Source: Octopus sinensis (taxonomy: Eukaryota). From it: a stretch of DNA of 64,000 bases. The stretch is taken from the NCBI RefSeq assembly GCF_006345805.1, contig NC_042998.1:29946001-30010000 (forward strand), read 5' to 3'. Position 1 is the first letter of the stretch. Every line of letters starts with the position of its first letter. A program made the position numbers and the translations under genes. Below the pieces are notes generated by a model. It saw only the letters and a list, made by a program, of their open reading frames with translations, was not told where the DNA came from and searched no databases. Positions 46,502-61,490 of this stretch are shown piece by piece.

Positions 46502-47990
46502 AAGGCGGTGAGCTGGCAGAAACTTTAGCACGCCGGGCAAAATGCTGAGCAGTATTTCGTCTGCCGCTACGATCTGAGTTCAAATTCCGCTGAGGTCGAC
46601 TTTGCCTTTCATAATTTTGGGGTCGATTAAATAAGTACCAGTTACGCACTGGGGTCGATATAATCGACTTATTCCGTTTGTCTGTCCTTGTCTGTCCTCT
46701 CTGTGTTTAGCCCCTTGTGGGTAGTAAAGAAATAGGTATTTAATCTGCCGCTACGTTCCTAGATCAAATTCCGCCGAGGTTGACTATGCCTTTCATCCTT
46801 TCGGGGTCGATAAATTAAGTACCATTTATGCACTGGGGTCGATGTAATCGACTTAATCCGTTTGTCTGTCCTTGTTTGTCCTCTCTGTGGGCAATAAAGA
46901 AATAAGAATTGTTAGCACGCCGGTTGAAATGCTTCGAGGTATTTCTTCTGCCGCTACGTTCTGAGTTCAAAATCCAATGAGGTCGACTTTATCTTTCATG
47001 GTTGATAAATGAAGTACCAGCTACGCACTGAGATCGATGTAGTCCACTAGTCTCTTTCCCCAAATTGCAGGCCTTGTGCTTATAGTAGAAAGAATTGTTC
47101 TTTTCTACTCTAGGCACAAGGCCCGAGATTTTTGGGGAGTGGAGGAAGTCGATTAGATCGACCCCAGTACGCCACTGCTATTTAATTTATCGACTCCGAA
47201 AAGTAATGAAAAGCAAAGTCGACCTCGGCGGAATTTAAACTCAGAACGTAACGTAAAAACAGACGAAGTACCGCTAAGCATTTCGCCGGCGTGCTAACGT
47301 TTCTGCCAGCTCACCACCTTCAGAAAGAATTATTGGAACATAATTTAAGATGATGTGCTGGTAGAAACGTTTACCCGCCGGGCGAAATGCGTAGCCGTAT
47401 TTCGTCTGTCGTTACGTTCTGAGTTCAAATTCCGCCGAAGTTGACTTTGCCTTTCATCCTTTCGGGGTCGATTAAATAAGTACCAGTTACGCACTGGGGT
47501 GAATGCAATCGACTTAATCCTCTCCTCCAGCCTGCCCTTGTGGCAAAAATTTTAAATCATTATTAGAACAGGATTTAAGGGGATGCGCAGCCAGACTACC
47601 TTGCACTTTGACAAAATACCTCATGGTACTTTTCTGTCTTTAAGCTCTGAATTCAAATTCCGGCGAAGTCGACTTCGCTATTGATGCTTCTGGGGTTGAT
47701 AAAAAGAAGTACATGTCCAACAATGGAGTCGATGTAATCAACCAATTCCCGCTCATAAAATGTCAAGCCTTGTGTCTATGGTAGTAAAATACCATTAGGA
47801 GAGTAATTTTAAGGCTGCGAGCTTACAGAAAAGTTAGCACCCTGAACAGGATATTTAGCGACATTTGTTACAGACTTATGTTCTAAGTTTAAATTCCGGT
47901 GAGGACCCACTTTTCATTTTGTTGTTTCAGGGTCGATGAAATATCTACTATTTGAACAAATAGTGTCCCGTTCCTAAAAATTATTGGTCC
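46502..47990. mobile_element. Dense SINE B cluster in alternating orientation
   Basis: 46502-47093 (+, multimer), 47096-47320 (-), 47350-47560 (+), degenerate copies to ~47990. Confidence 0.85.
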
Positions 47991-48736
47991 TATAGTAAAA
48001 ATTATTATTAGGACTTAATCTGAATTCATTACCAATTAGCAGGAACACCATGTTTCATATATGTATGCGTGTATGAGTGCTATGTCTGATATGCAAGCGT
48101 TTTTTAATTGAAGATTAATTTTGATCAAACAGATCTACGCTCACAGCTATTCCACTTATTACAATGATTTTAGTGATCTCTACGAATACATTGCTGCGGG
48201 GAATTGCATCTTGTTAAGGTATTGCAGAATAATTTATGGAACATGCGGCTGCTATTTCAAGGAGATCGGATGACAAAATCACTTAAAAATTTTCATGTTG
48301 GTATGTGTGTGTGAAAAAAACAAAAGCGGGATATATGATATATAGGAACTAACCAACTGACTAGAGAAATGATATCAAACGGGATGAGTGAGTATAGGTT
48401 TGAAGGCAACTGATGAATACTGCATAACATTTGAAAATATATCTCATGTTTTGACAGAAGCAACGTATCGAAAATCTATTTGTGGAGGACAATAGCTTTT
48501 GAAAGGCGATATAAATCAAGACTCGAAACACATGTGATTGTCTTCTTCCTTTTGATTCTTTTGGTAGGGGACCAGTTGTCGCCATTTATTGTAAAAAAAC
48601 AAAGGCATTAAATTATTTACTACTCAGCCTCAGCATGACAAGAATAAACATACAACGTTAATATTACAAACATAGTCATTCTATATATAGCTATAAAATC
48701 GATACTTGTATAAATATTGACTATATATATATACAT

Positions 48737-49112
48737 TCTTTTAGTTGTTTCAGTCCTTGGATTGTGGCCATGCTGGACCTCCACCTTTAGTCGAACAAAT
48801 CGACCGCAGGACGTTTTCTTTGTAAACGTAGTACTTGTTCTATCGTTTCTTTTGTCGAACCGCTAAGTTACGGGGACGTAAACACACCAGCATCGGCTGT
48901 CAAGCGATGGTGAGAGGACAAACATACACATACATACATACATACATACATATAAACGGGCTCTTTTCAGTTTCCATCTACTAAATCCTCTTCCAAGGCT
49001 TTGATCGGCCAGAGGCCATAGTAGAAGGGACCTGTCCAAGGTGCCACGCGGTGGGACTGAACCCGAAACTAAGTGGTTGGGAAGCAAGCTTCTTACCACA
49101 CAGCCACTCCTG
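48737..49112 (-). mobile_element. SINE A
   Basis: Reverse complement of family A. Confidence 0.85.
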
Positions 49113-49685
49113 TGTATGTGTATGCATGTATTTATATATGTGCGTGTGTGTGTATATGTGTATGTGTGTACGTGCGTGTGATTCTGAAGTTTTGTACACA
49201 TAAGTAAAAGAATTATTAGTTATATATCGGATAAATTTATTTGAATATATGGAAGCTGTCACGCCTTTCACCCCTTATGATCTAAAGCAAGCAAATTACT
49301 TTTTCCTTTTTCTTTCTACGCTCTTTGAAAAGGTACAGGCCCATTTTTCTTCTCGCAGTAATGGAACCTATTCTACACTATAAAATCTTCTGTAGTCTTA
49401 TTATTGCCCACATATGCCCTGAATTTATTTTCCAAGATTCTAAACTTTACTTCATAAAAATAACTTCCAAACATCGGGGGACTGCAAGCATGTCTTTCAG
49501 TCATCAAAAGCCAGGGTTGAACTCTGGTATATTAGTACAGAGATGAAAAAAATAGTCAAATTTATGTGATATTTTATGTTACGCAGGAGGCAGGATTCGT
49601 TCTTAACAAGATACCCTCAGAGAAGCTTAATGGATAAATCATTTCTGGAATGATTATTGGAGTGTGTAGGGTATTATTTATATGT

Positions 49686-49905
49686 TTCTTTACTACCCAC
49701 AAGGGGCTAAAAACAGAGGGGACAAACAAGGACAGACAAACGGATTAAGTCGATTACATCGACCCCAGTGCGTAACTGGTACTTAATTTATCGACCCCGA
49801 AAGGATGAAGGGCAAAGTCGACCTCGACGGAATTTGAACTCAGAACGTAACGGCAGACGAAATACGGCTTCGCATTTCGCCCGGCGTGCTAACGTTTGTG
49901 CCACG
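49686..49905 (-). mobile_element. SINE B
   Basis: Body and tail 1 well preserved. Confidence 0.85.
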
Positions 49906-50239
49906 AGCGAAGCAAAATGTTGGCATGAACAAGAACAGTTGCTGAAAAACGCTCACCGATTTAAAAGTTAATAAGATGGTAGCTTGTGCATTTGAAGTAG
50001 CAAGATCTGAAAATCAATAGATGGTCACAGTGTTGAAATCCTCATTTCCCCTGATATTTTACAAATTTTGATCTATGAAAATTATTTTATTTACTGCATC
50101 AAGTATGCCATTACACATTTTACGTTTTAAATATACATATATAAGACTCGAGGCTGTGAGTGATAAACGCCTTGACAGGAATTGTTCACAATCCTTAATC
50201 GATAATGGAATTCAATAAGCTCAGAAATTCAGTATCTAA

Positions 50240-50525
50240 GTACTTAGATAACCATCACAAAGAAATGGATCGAAATTGAAAATCGTAACATACGTCTCCA
50301 CCTACAATTCTGAAAACAAACATTGAAGCTGACAACATTATATTCTACTGAAAAAAAATTTTTTTTAACTAAGATAGACCAAATGTTCCAAACACTCACC
50401 TTCTTAAAGAGTAAATGGAAATCCAAATCCATGAAAAGATTCAGAATCCAACAGAATCCAAACTCCATACAATAAATACAGCAAAACCAACACCAAAGTA
50501 TGTGAAGACCCAGATGTGACATAAA
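50240..50525 (+). pseudogene. Decayed Neptune-like PLE fragment (RT-EN linker)
   Basis: IVTYVSTYNSENK...FLKSKWKSKSMKRF...TKVCEDP(R)CDI parallels the IIKSYKQPKSLKKI...KCGRSNC linker at 2942-3060. Confidence 0.55.
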
Positions 50526-51208
50526 TTTTAATCTGATAGAGGGATGTTCTTCATTACAGAATACCGTAGAAAAAGAGGCAACAACCAGTAATGGTCAACC
50601 ATACATAATGCAGCTCTTACTGGGGCCACTCCAAGAACTACAGATCAGTTATGGATTGACAGCTGCTGAAAACCAATACTACGTTGATAGATGAAAGACG
50701 GTTATAAGGCACTGGGAACCTAAACTGCTGCGGCTACAAGGGGTGTCCCTCCCTCCACCACCAACAGACCTACCTGTTATTATTTTTATAAATCGAATAT
50801 CGCTGACAACTTACGATAAACTGAAGGAACCAGAAGTAAAGGGATTTCTGCAAGGGAAATATTTGAACTTCCAAAACTGATATTATGGCAGTTTAATTTA
50901 TTTAAATTGTAAAAATGCCGTCTTAAAACAACCGAAACCAGTTGCAGCTTAGTTAAAAAGTACCTTTTGTCATATTCCTTTTCGTGCTAAAGTTCTCTAA
51001 GCATTTAGTCATTCAATAAGACACAAAGATTGTCAAAGACCGATACCATATTAGAAATAAATGTTTGACCGAAGTTGACGGTCTTTGTGTGTGTGTGTGT
51101 TTGAATAGCTAGCTCATGTCTTCCACGCTAAAATCACTTTAGTTTCAGTACTCGATGTCAGATGAAAATTCTTCTACGTAAGTACATCTCGTAAGTTCAA
51201 TATATATA

Positions 51209-51425
51209 CGGGGTAATGCTGAAAAGTTCCTGGCTTTAAAAGTATCCCAAAAGGTTTGGTTGGAGACCCAACCTTCTGAGTTCTTTTACAGAACTTATAA
51301 AAAGGGAAGGACCGCTGCAATAAGAGTGTGAACCTGAGGAGGAGGAGAATATGTTAAATAAATTCATAACAGATTCTCCTGTATATTCTTTTACCCAAAG
51401 TCCGGTACTTTTCAGCATCCCCTAG
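51209..51425 (+). mobile_element. Mariner-derived MITE
   Basis: TIRs cggggtaatgctgaaaagttcctggctt / ccggtacttttcagcatcccctag; homologous to 41016-41234. Confidence 0.75.
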
Positions 51426-53529
51426 TGTATGTACATATGTGTGTGCGTGTTTCTGTGTGTGTGTCTGCTCGTGTATATATATGTGTGCGATTTGGTTGTG
51501 CTCGAGTCAGTATGAGGGTGTACGTGTGTGAGTATGAGAAAATGCAGAGCTTCACACATGGCTCTTAGATCTAACAGAGCTGCATATACTCCATAAATTA
51601 AAGTTAAAACAGTCATATTGTACCTCTCTAACACCGACACATCAACTATTTACTGGCTCATACTCTGAAATTGATGCATTTAATTAACATTTTATCCAAG
51701 GGATATGGAATCAATTACTTTTTCTATGTAGGGTAAATATTTGTATTTTATTTGGAACGAAACCTGATTATATTGCCTAATCAACGGCACGTCCAAAAGG
51801 GATTTTAGATAAATGCTTATTGATTCCCGTAATTCGAGTTCATGTTATATTAACAATGTAAATAACGGCCTGTTTATCTAGTGGTTTGTTTATAGTTAAG
51901 GAATAAGAAATTTGTCCAAATCAATAAAAAGAAGTCTAATTATCTAAGAATCAAGACTTACGCATGTATGCAATGCTTACTTCAGCCTCGATTTTTAAAA
52001 TGTACACGAAGTGTGAAAACTTAAACATTCGACATTATATATATATTTCATAAAACATGGCTTTTATGAACGACTTTATAATGAGGGTCTCAAGTTCATG
52101 CAAGTAATGTAAAATGAATTCTTATTCATTGTAATACATCTTTCTTGTTTTCCTGATAATCAACCCACCTTAAACTAAAATGCTTGAAATTGCTTCTTTG
52201 AACGATAAGCATATGATACACGTAACTAGAAGTAATAAGTTTGATATTTATTTCCAGATAATTAATTAATTTATAAAATCAACACTACACTATTATTTTG
52301 CCAAATTTACTAGAAGTGGAGAAAAGCACGGCAGCCTTTTGAAATGGAAAGAATTCAACTTGTATCCTGAATTCGAATCATCTTCATGTACCAATTCTTT
52401 TCATATTGCTCTTGAGTTATATAGCATCACATCAACAGGCGGAATATTTTTGTAGTTTATGAACTGCGATATATCTCACCAAATACTATAGTACATTTTA
52501 TATCCGTAGACTATATTACTAATTATGGATTTGCTCAATTTCACTTTCTCCAAATGAAATATTTGCAATCATTGAAAAAGGACTACGGGGAAAAACATAC
52601 CGGAGAAAGTAGAAGGCGTAATTAAAAGAATGATCCAGAAATCTTTCTGGTATGATTCTGAAGTCAGCGTTACACCCACTTGCTTCTCTCTGTGATATTA
52701 CACATAAATGCCCCAAAGAAATTGGACCAAAGTCACCTTGAATTCTACCACTTAGCTATGATATCCAGCATAAAGCAGTGTCGTTAGTGCACTGATATAT
52801 TCAAAAATAAACTTACGTCTGATATTTACAGCATCAGAATATATACAAACGAATCATTCGTTTTCTCTAACGAAACTAAAAGTGTTCCCAGAGTAAAATT
52901 AATGACATTTTGACGCACAATGACATATAATATTATAACGCAAAGCTATATGAAGACGCCTTGCAATATCATTAATAGTGAATAAAATTATCATAAATAA
53001 ATATTGGAAAATTGATCAGAAATTTTAACTAGCGTGCAGTACACGTTACATTTCAAAACCATAAAGAGCATTGCGTCTTCTGCCTGAAATATAGATTAGT
53101 TAATCATGCAAAATTCGAAGTCGGAATAATTAGTAAGAAAATTGTATTGTATATTAAGCACAACAGCGGAACCTCACCAGAAACTTACAGTGAGACATTA
53201 GTTATACAACTAATTATTTACATAATAGTATTGGCTTCAAAGTTTAGCACAATGCCAGCAATTACGGGGAAGGGAGCGGGTCGATTACATTGATATCAAT
53301 ACTTAGCAGGTACTTAGTCAACCCAGCAGCATTTACACTCAGAACGAAATGCCATGAAGTATTTTGCCCGGCGAGTTAACGATTGCGCCATATTGCCGCC
53401 TTAATATGTTTAGTCAATTTTAACAAAGAAATAAAGACGGCGAACTAAACCCTGAGGTTGATGTAATCGACTTAGCGATGTACTGGAATTGCTGGCCTTG
53501 TACTAACATATGAAACCAGTTTTAATAAT

Positions 53530-54720
53530 GTAATAACTCCAAATGGCATCTCGTTTGCCCAAGTTGATATCGTTTGATTGTATTCCTGAATCTCGAAATA
53601 ACCCATTCATAAGTGTATTAGAAATAGCTTGCCTAAAGCAGATGATAAAGAAATTAAGAATCTTATGCATGCAAATGTATATGAATATATTTCGTAGACA
53701 AAGATCCATATAAAGTGTTGAATGCCTGTGTTCGACCAGAGCCTCACATTCAAGAAACCCTGAAAATTTGATACTTTTACAGTTTCTCTGGTTGACTGTG
53801 TCTGGAGAATGCCAATCAGTTTATTTTGTTCTATATTGGAAAGACCAATCATTTCTTGTCTTATATGCAACCTAGTATTTACAAAGCCCAGTGCACCTTT
53901 AATAGCATGAACGAATGCAAATTTGTGATCTGGATATAAAAAAATAACTGTAGATTACTTGTGAGATATACGTAGAAGTTCTTTACTTCAGTTTTTGAAG
54001 AGACATTCTCATCCGCAGAGGGACTGATCTGTAAAACTATGCATAACGTTTGCTGTCTCATACAATCGTACCTGATCTGTTGTGCAGACACTGAGTTACT
54101 TTTATTGTAATGCTCCTTCAGTATCCTTGATTTCTTAAAAAGGTAGATGCTCTCTGATTCTTGTGCTTCTTTAGTCTGACCGTCATGATAATACTTCCTG
54201 TGTAAAACATATTGGCGCTAATGTCATATTTCATGATAAATTCGCCCTTTTAAAGCCTAGCCAGGCTCATGGGCCCGGTTTCCCGGTTTGAATGGCGTAT
54301 GTGTTCCCCAGCTGGACGGGACGCCAGTCCATCGCAGCGTTACTCAGTTTTGCCAGCTGAGTGGACTGGAGCAACGTGAAATGAAGTGTTTTGCTCAAGA
54401 TCACAACGCGTCGCCCGGGCCAGGAATCGAAACCACAATCTTACGATCATGATGATGATACCCTAACCACTAAGCCACGCGCCTCCACTTGTCATATTTC
54501 ATTGGGAGGTAATATCATCCATACGTCTTTGGGAAGCCACTGATGGTATGACGAATAACCTCTACACTTGTATAGCATAATCGATACTTCCACCTCAGGC
54601 TTGGTATTTACAGGTTTCTCTATTTCTGCGATCATCAGACGTTTATTAGCTATATCCTCTTCTTGCATTGCAAAGACATAGGCTTCTAAATGAGAAGCAA
54701 TGTACACATTTTACGTCCAG
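53530..54720 (-). mobile_element. Decayed RLE-type LINE fragment interrupted by a SINE
   Basis: SHLEAYVFAMQEEDIANKRL...LCIVLQISPSADENVSSKTEVK...AIKGALG; parallels 60690-61490. Confidence 0.7.
54235..54489 (-). mobile_element. SINE, head D + tail Z, with 13-bp TSD
   Basis: TSD tgtcatatttcat at 54222-54234 and 54490-54502. Confidence 0.9.
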
Positions 54721-55454
54721 GAGAGATTACTATTCTTGTAAATATTACTGCTATTCTCCACCTTGTTGCCATGTACCTATGTATAACCTTTTACTGGTAT
54801 GCATATATGAATGAATGTCTGTGGGTTTGTATCCTTCTTTGTATATATTTTCTTTTACTCCATGATCAATATTCATTGAGAATCGAAAAATAGTGTTTCC
54901 TTTGCTATCATAATATATGTGAGGTCCAAGAAGACACAGCAGGTTTTAATTAGTTGTTGGCAAGCAGGTATAGATTATCTGAGACTAAAGGTGGACAGGA
55001 AATTCCAAATCTTGATGTCAATTAAAAACAAAACAGTAAAGTGCGTACAAAGGCCATGACTTGTATTTAACACTGCCAAGTATTTTTGAATTATATATCA
55101 TATATTTCCATAGTTAAAGCGATTCTATAAATAATAGTTTAAGCCAGCTGTATCTGATATGCTTCCAATCTAAATACTTCTGTAAACTCTTGGCAATAAT
55201 TGGCTATGGTGTTAAAAAATGGACACATCAAAAGTATATAATTGAACTTACTTTGGCAAAGTATTTACTTTCATAGCAATAATTACATTCCCAGTAAGCC
55301 AATATTTGTAACTAGGCGAACGCTATGAAGCTGTGGAAAGGAAGCTTTGCAATCTTATAATGCGTTTCGCTCTGATAGAGTTTATGATTTCCTCTCAAAT
55401 CTCACATCCAGGAAATGGTAGGGGTCCATCGTAATATTTCTTCTTTCAAATATC

Positions 55455-55750
55455 ACCGTGATCACCGTGAACGACCAGGCTATCAGATGTTGCTACACAT
55501 CGCTGGTCACAATGCGCTTTGCATTATTTAAGCCTTCAAATGATGCCACCCTGCTGGCTAAGCGAGCAGGCCAACAGAAGAAAGAGAGAGAGAAAGTTGT
55601 GGCGAAAGAGTACAGCAGGTATCGCCACCACCCCTTGCTGGAGCCTCGTGGAGCTTTAGGTGTTTTCGCTTAATAAACACTCATAATGCCCGGTCTGGGA
55701 TCCTACAAATTCGAGTCCGCTGCCCTAGCCACTGTGCTATTGCGCCTCCG
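55455..55750 (-). mobile_element. SINE C + tail W
   Basis: Reverse complement of 1357-1665. Confidence 0.85.
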
Positions 55751-57739
55751 TTTCAAATATATCAGTAGTATATTAATAATACATCGTTCAATATTAAGGC
55801 CCTTTTCATTTTCCATGTATGATATGTATTCGATATGATAGTCTTCGCATTGTATACCGTTTGTGAGCAGTTTTTAATAAATAAAACTTAAAAGGATATC
55901 TTAACTCAATTTCTGCACAAAATAATTTATTCTTAATTTTTTTCACTAAATCCAGTCAGTGACCTCGCTTTTTATTCCTGATGCAGCCGAGTATTTATGC
56001 TCAAACAGTCAATGATCATGTCTTCTTATGTATAAATTTTCACTGCTCGACATAATATTCATTTATTGCAAGTTATGCATCGATTCAAATCCCTTAGCTG
56101 CACTGATTAAACAAAGCAGATACGTTTCTTCGAGTAATTATATAGTATAAACCATAAAAATAAACCTTTTCGGTTTGATTTATTTCCTCTAATTTGTTTG
56201 AACTAACATTCATAAAAGTTGAAATTACGAAATACTTATAAAGAAGAGATGAAATATAGTAAAGACATCCGTTTTGTTACAGTCACTGAATATATCAATG
56301 GTAATATTATGTGATAAATGTATACTAAAATTGGACTATAAATGAGATCAGAAATTGAGAAAATCTAGGGATGTTTAATGAAGTGTGCATTAAATGGTGC
56401 ATGACTTCTAAAATAAGCACTCTGGAAATATTATCAACGTAATTCCTAAAATTACAAGAATAGATTCGTATTAATAGATACTTTATGACGAGACTCAACG
56501 TATTCATATTTTTTAAAGAAATGGAAAAAAATCTTTCGTAAGGTATCATCTGATTAAAGGAAGTACTTTTGTAGTACTTTGCATAAAATGCTTGCTTTCA
56601 AACACTGGGCTGTTAACATCAGCAAGAGTTTTATTTATGAATAATGCATTGTTGCAAAACGTTTCCTATTACAGTTAAAAAACACTTCCTACACTATTGC
56701 AAGTAGGTGATCTGAGACATGAGATGAAAATCTTTTTGAATTTCGTTTATAAGCTTTATAACATTGAGATGAGTGATTTGTCTGTGCATATTGTGAACTA
56801 TTTCATCCTGTGGGTGAAATCAGCAATTTACAAACGAAAAGTTTCATATTGCATAACTGAAACTTTCTTTTCCCTGTACGGGAAAGAAGTAACTTCCGTA
56901 CATCTCTGGTGATCCACAAAGTCACGAACTACCTGAAGCTCCATGTTGCTGTGGGCCCGAATCTGCATTCTGAACGAAAATATTTCACTTTAGGGGAATA
57001 ATGGAACATTCGAAAGATTGTGTCAGTTTTCCATTTTATTCAACACTTTCAAACCTCTGAAAATGCATAAATCTAACAAAACTCGAAGAACTGATGATGG
57101 CAGTCATAATTCTGCGTGTGTGTGTGTATTTCTCTGTGTATGTGTCTGTCCGTGTGTGTGTGTCTGTCTGTCTGAGTGCGCGCGCATGTGATTGTGTGTT
57201 TAAATAAATTAGAACAATTAATACAGTTCTTAACAATTCTTGGCATTTTGAAAGACAACTTTATCTTATTTCCACATGGAGTATAGGTTTTTAATTTATT
57301 CCTTGCCACACATTAACAGCCATGGTTCCTGTCATATCCGATATTTTTTAACGTAAAGCCAGAATTTTTTGTTAAGATTTTCAATCTTCCCTGTAAAATA
57401 TTACAGAATTTTGTGAATCCATTACTATCAAAGCACGTGTCCTAATTTTCAATAGTGCTTATGTGTATAAAACTAATAAACTATCAAAATAGTCCTAAAT
57501 TCAGAGGCATGGAATAAAATCAGGTGAAGAATTTGTTTTTTCCATATTTGAATATCACAATTGTTTTTTGTAATTGGAAGGCAATATTTTCATAATAAAT
57601 TGTTTTATATAATGCCAAGAAATTTAACGAATTAGTTAGTTAAACGTCTCACTATATCCATGCTAATATCTCAAAATATGACATTAGATTAGAATGGACT
57701 CTTCTACTTTTATCTCTTACATGTCTCAGTCAATGAAGA

Positions 57740-58095
57740 ATTTTTAGTCCGATACTTATTCTATCGGTCTCTTTTACCGAACTACTATGTTGCGGGGATG
57801 TAAACAATCGAACACCGGTTGTCAACCGGTGATAAGGGACAAACACAGGCACAAAGACACACACGTGTACACGCAAACGGGCGCGCGCACATGCACACAC
57901 ACAAACATGTGTGTGTGTCTGCGATTGTGTGTTGGCGTGAGTGTGTGTTTCTTTCAGTTTCCGCCTAAAATATACGAGCTTTTTCGGTTTCTGTCTACCA
58001 CATTCACTCAGAATATTTTAATCGGCCCGAGGCTACAATAGAAGACACTTGCCCAAGGTGCCGCACCGTGGGACTAAACCCAGAACTATGTGGTT
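57740..58095 (-). mobile_element. SINE A, degenerate
   Basis: Family A motifs on the minus strand. Confidence 0.7.
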
Positions 58096-58758
58096 GGGAC
58101 AAAACTAGATGACACGTAAATAAAAGTACGCCTAATCTGCAGACCCTGGTTCTTCCGTTACAAAATTTACTTCGTATATTCTTCCTGTAGTTCTTCCTCA
58201 GGTCGATTTGTTAAACTAAAGACCCTACAAGACCTCAACATTACCCCAACATGGCCGCAGTCAAATGACTGAAACAAATAAAAGATGTTCTGTTGACTGC
58301 TTTTCTGCAGTGCAGAAAATGAGTTTGTGCCGCAAGTGTACTTTTCTCGATTCCAGTTCTCATATGAGGTTGGTTTTTGGAGCCTTCTCTTATCATTTTA
58401 AACGCTGTGTTATTCATCTCTAGAATCGTGATTTTCTGCTTGCTCGTTTCTATTTTGATGGCATGAATTATTCTATGCAATATAGTTAAAAGACTTCAAA
58501 TGTACAAATTGATACGATTGAATTTCAGTTGAAGAGAACTATCAATACGAAAATGAAAATAAAAGAAAACTAAAGAGATAAAATTTAGTTGAAATCCTAT
58601 AAGTTGAAATAAGGTGTTTCTTTTCTAAAGTTAAAAATTTATCAAATAACTAGACTAATTTAATATCTGAATTTCACATATTAAGTTACTCTGTTTCTCA
58701 AATTTCTCACTATTCGATGTATTCTGTGAAGGTTCCAGCCACTTTCTATTAATCCAGT

Positions 58759-59062
58759 GTGAAGACGCGTGGCTTAGTGGTTAGGGCATCCTGCTAACGA
58801 ACGTAAGGTCGATTCCCGGCAACGCGATGTGTGCTTGAGCAAGACACTTTATTTCACTTTACTCCAGTCCAGTCAGCTGGAAAAAATTAGTAGTACTTGT
58901 ATTTCAAAAGGACCAGATTTGTCACGCTGAAACTCCCTGAGAACTACGTTAAGGGTATACGTGTCTATGGAGTACTCAACCACATGCACGTTGATTTCAC
59001 GAGCAGCCTGCTCTGTTGATCGTATCAGCTGGGATCCCTGCCGTCGTTACCGACGGAGTGCG
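58759..59062 (+). mobile_element. SINE D + tail X
   Basis: Aligns to 26628-26948. Confidence 0.8.
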
Positions 59063-59129
59063 CCTCTCTATTAGTCCAGTATATACAAAGACACAAATAT
59101 GTGCATATAAACTCATCTATCTATCTATC

Positions 59130-59174
<45 letters not shown>

Positions 59175-59182
59175 TATATATA

Positions 59183-59298
59183 TAGGCGATGGAGTGGCTG
59201 TGTAGTAAGTAGATTGCTTACGAACCGCATGGTTCCGGGTTCAGTCCCACTGCGTGGCACTTTCGGCAAGTGTCTTCTACTATAGCCTCGGGCCAACC
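59183..59298 (+). mobile_element. SINE A, 5' part
   Basis: Head and core only. Confidence 0.8.
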
Positions 59299-59348
59299 AA
59301 CTGACCCTGAAATCGGTCCGATATGGTAATAATGGAATGAAACAAGAG

Positions 59349-59416
<68 letters not shown>

Positions 59417-60689
59417 TTATGTTTATGTGTGTATGGGGGTTGGCGCATCTCTATACACATTTATTATATATTCATGTTTTTGCATGTAAGAGAATAGCAA
59501 AGAAATTGATGGAAAGAGGGAGCCTTATAACACATTGTATTCAGTAGCGAAGCAAATTTTATAGAATAGAATTTATAGCGTTTACTGCTTTTCAAATGTG
59601 ATGTACGATCGAATTCTCATGATATCAATTTACGTGTTAATTATTTAGGTGATAGTAAAGCAAATCGAAATTCTGTATCATGTCATTACAATTGATTTTG
59701 CCCCTTGGTATCGCATTCGTAGCCTTAAGCTAATGGCCATTAATATAAGGTAAAACAGAATATCGTAGTAATACAGGAGTTACATTAAAGTCGATATTCA
59801 ATCTTAAAACTTAATGAAAGAAAGTGAAAGAAAGAATTAAATGGTGAAAAGGCTCATAAATATGTGAGAAGTATTATCATCTTCAATTAAGACTGAGAGA
59901 GAAAAAAATATTACTTCAGTTTGTCTGGAGAAATAGACTCGTAACAAATCTGAATTTATATGTGTGGAGGTGCGTGTGTATAAGTATGTGTGTGTGTAAG
60001 AGACAGAGAGAGAGAGAGAGAGAAAGAGACAGACACACAGACAGGCAGGCTACCATTGTTTTTATGTTAAGAGAGATATAACTTTTAATTTCCAAGCCGA
60101 TTGCATGGGAAGTAAATGGCCGTCTCCATCTTAAGTGTAAATAGGATTCTCTGATGACGCTAGCAGCTAATTCTAGGAGGTTCCTTGACCAACACATAGT
60201 AGCGTCCACATAAGAATGTCGCAGCTTAATTTAGCGTAACCGTTTTCTTGAATATAATAAACATACATAAAATTGTATTGACAATGGAATTTAAGATAGC
60301 AACGAATGTTATTGTTTAAAGTCAGTGATGCAGTTCGTTAGTATTAACATACACACTCATACATACGTTGTTTATTCTTCTAACTCTCTTGGGCAATACT
60401 CTTTATACAGAAAGAGATGCTAACATATTCTGTTCCTAAAATTGGCAAGCTAAATGGACATCTTGTTGCCTCATATTACAAAACATGTTTTTCCCTTTCT
60501 TTGATTGCTTCCTGTCATTTCCTCTTGTTTTACTTAATTGCTTTGTTTCATTCTACTACTGCTACAACTACTACTACTACTACAACTATTACTACTTGTT
60601 AAGCAGTTACCAACGCTTCTAAACTATCGTCTGTTTCTGGTTTTTTTAAAATCTTTTTTTCAACTCATTTTATTGTGGAAACAATTCGA

Positions 60690-61490
60690 GGAATGTATAA
60701 GCAAAATCACGAGAGCTTCGGACAACATGGTTCGGCATATTTCTTATGGTGAGATCAACAATATCTGCAGAGGAGGTGGAGAAGAACTGCAGTGCAGGTA
60801 CTCAGACGAATGCAACTCTCCCATGCGACCCAAAAGGCTAGACTGGCCTACATAAACAGAAGCTTGGAGGAGAAGCACGCATCATACCGACATAAAGCAA
60901 TGCATGGGTACATATCCCGCAAGCTAAAAGGCAACAACCGCATTGGCAAGAAGAGGGGCTTCTCCTGGACCTGTGATAGATCCATTGCATGACACCTAGA
61001 CGGGGATAACTTCGCTATTCAGGAACAGGAGGTAGTTTCTAAACGCCTGATAAAAAAAGGGGACAAAGATAATACCAAAGATAAGGCAGGGTAGATGTGC
61101 AAAAACCACTTGCAATGTTATCACCAGGAAGGACTGTCCTGGTGTATACACCTTTAAAAATAAAGGATGCTGATGGAACACTCCAATAGAAACAGCTATT
61201 GGGTGCGAGCATAACAGACCTGATATTATTCTGTGAGACGAGAAACAAAAGTCATGCATTGTTGTAGAAGTTAGCTGCCTAGCGAATATGAATGTTCAAT
61301 GGAAATTCCAGGAAAAAGAGAACATTTATGGCAAATAAATGGGTAAGTTACAACTCTTGTACCCGGACCATGAATCCACATTTGTACCTATCATCATAGG
61401 TGCATTAGGTTATGTGCCAACAGATTTACACAAAGACCTAGAAATACTAGATTTTATGAAGACAGATCAAAAGAAACTGACATGGATACG
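60690..61490 (+). mobile_element. RLE-type (R4/Dong-like) LINE C-terminal fragment
   Basis: HKAMHGYI...FAIQEQEV...GCEHNRPDIIL*DEKQKSCIVVEVSC...QEKENIYG...FVPIIIGALGYVP. Confidence 0.8.

Noticed and set aside
48408-48450. CTGATGA...GAAA spacing (similar chance hits near 5142, 7155, 33662, 57082, 60151)
   Set aside because: The required stems do not pair.
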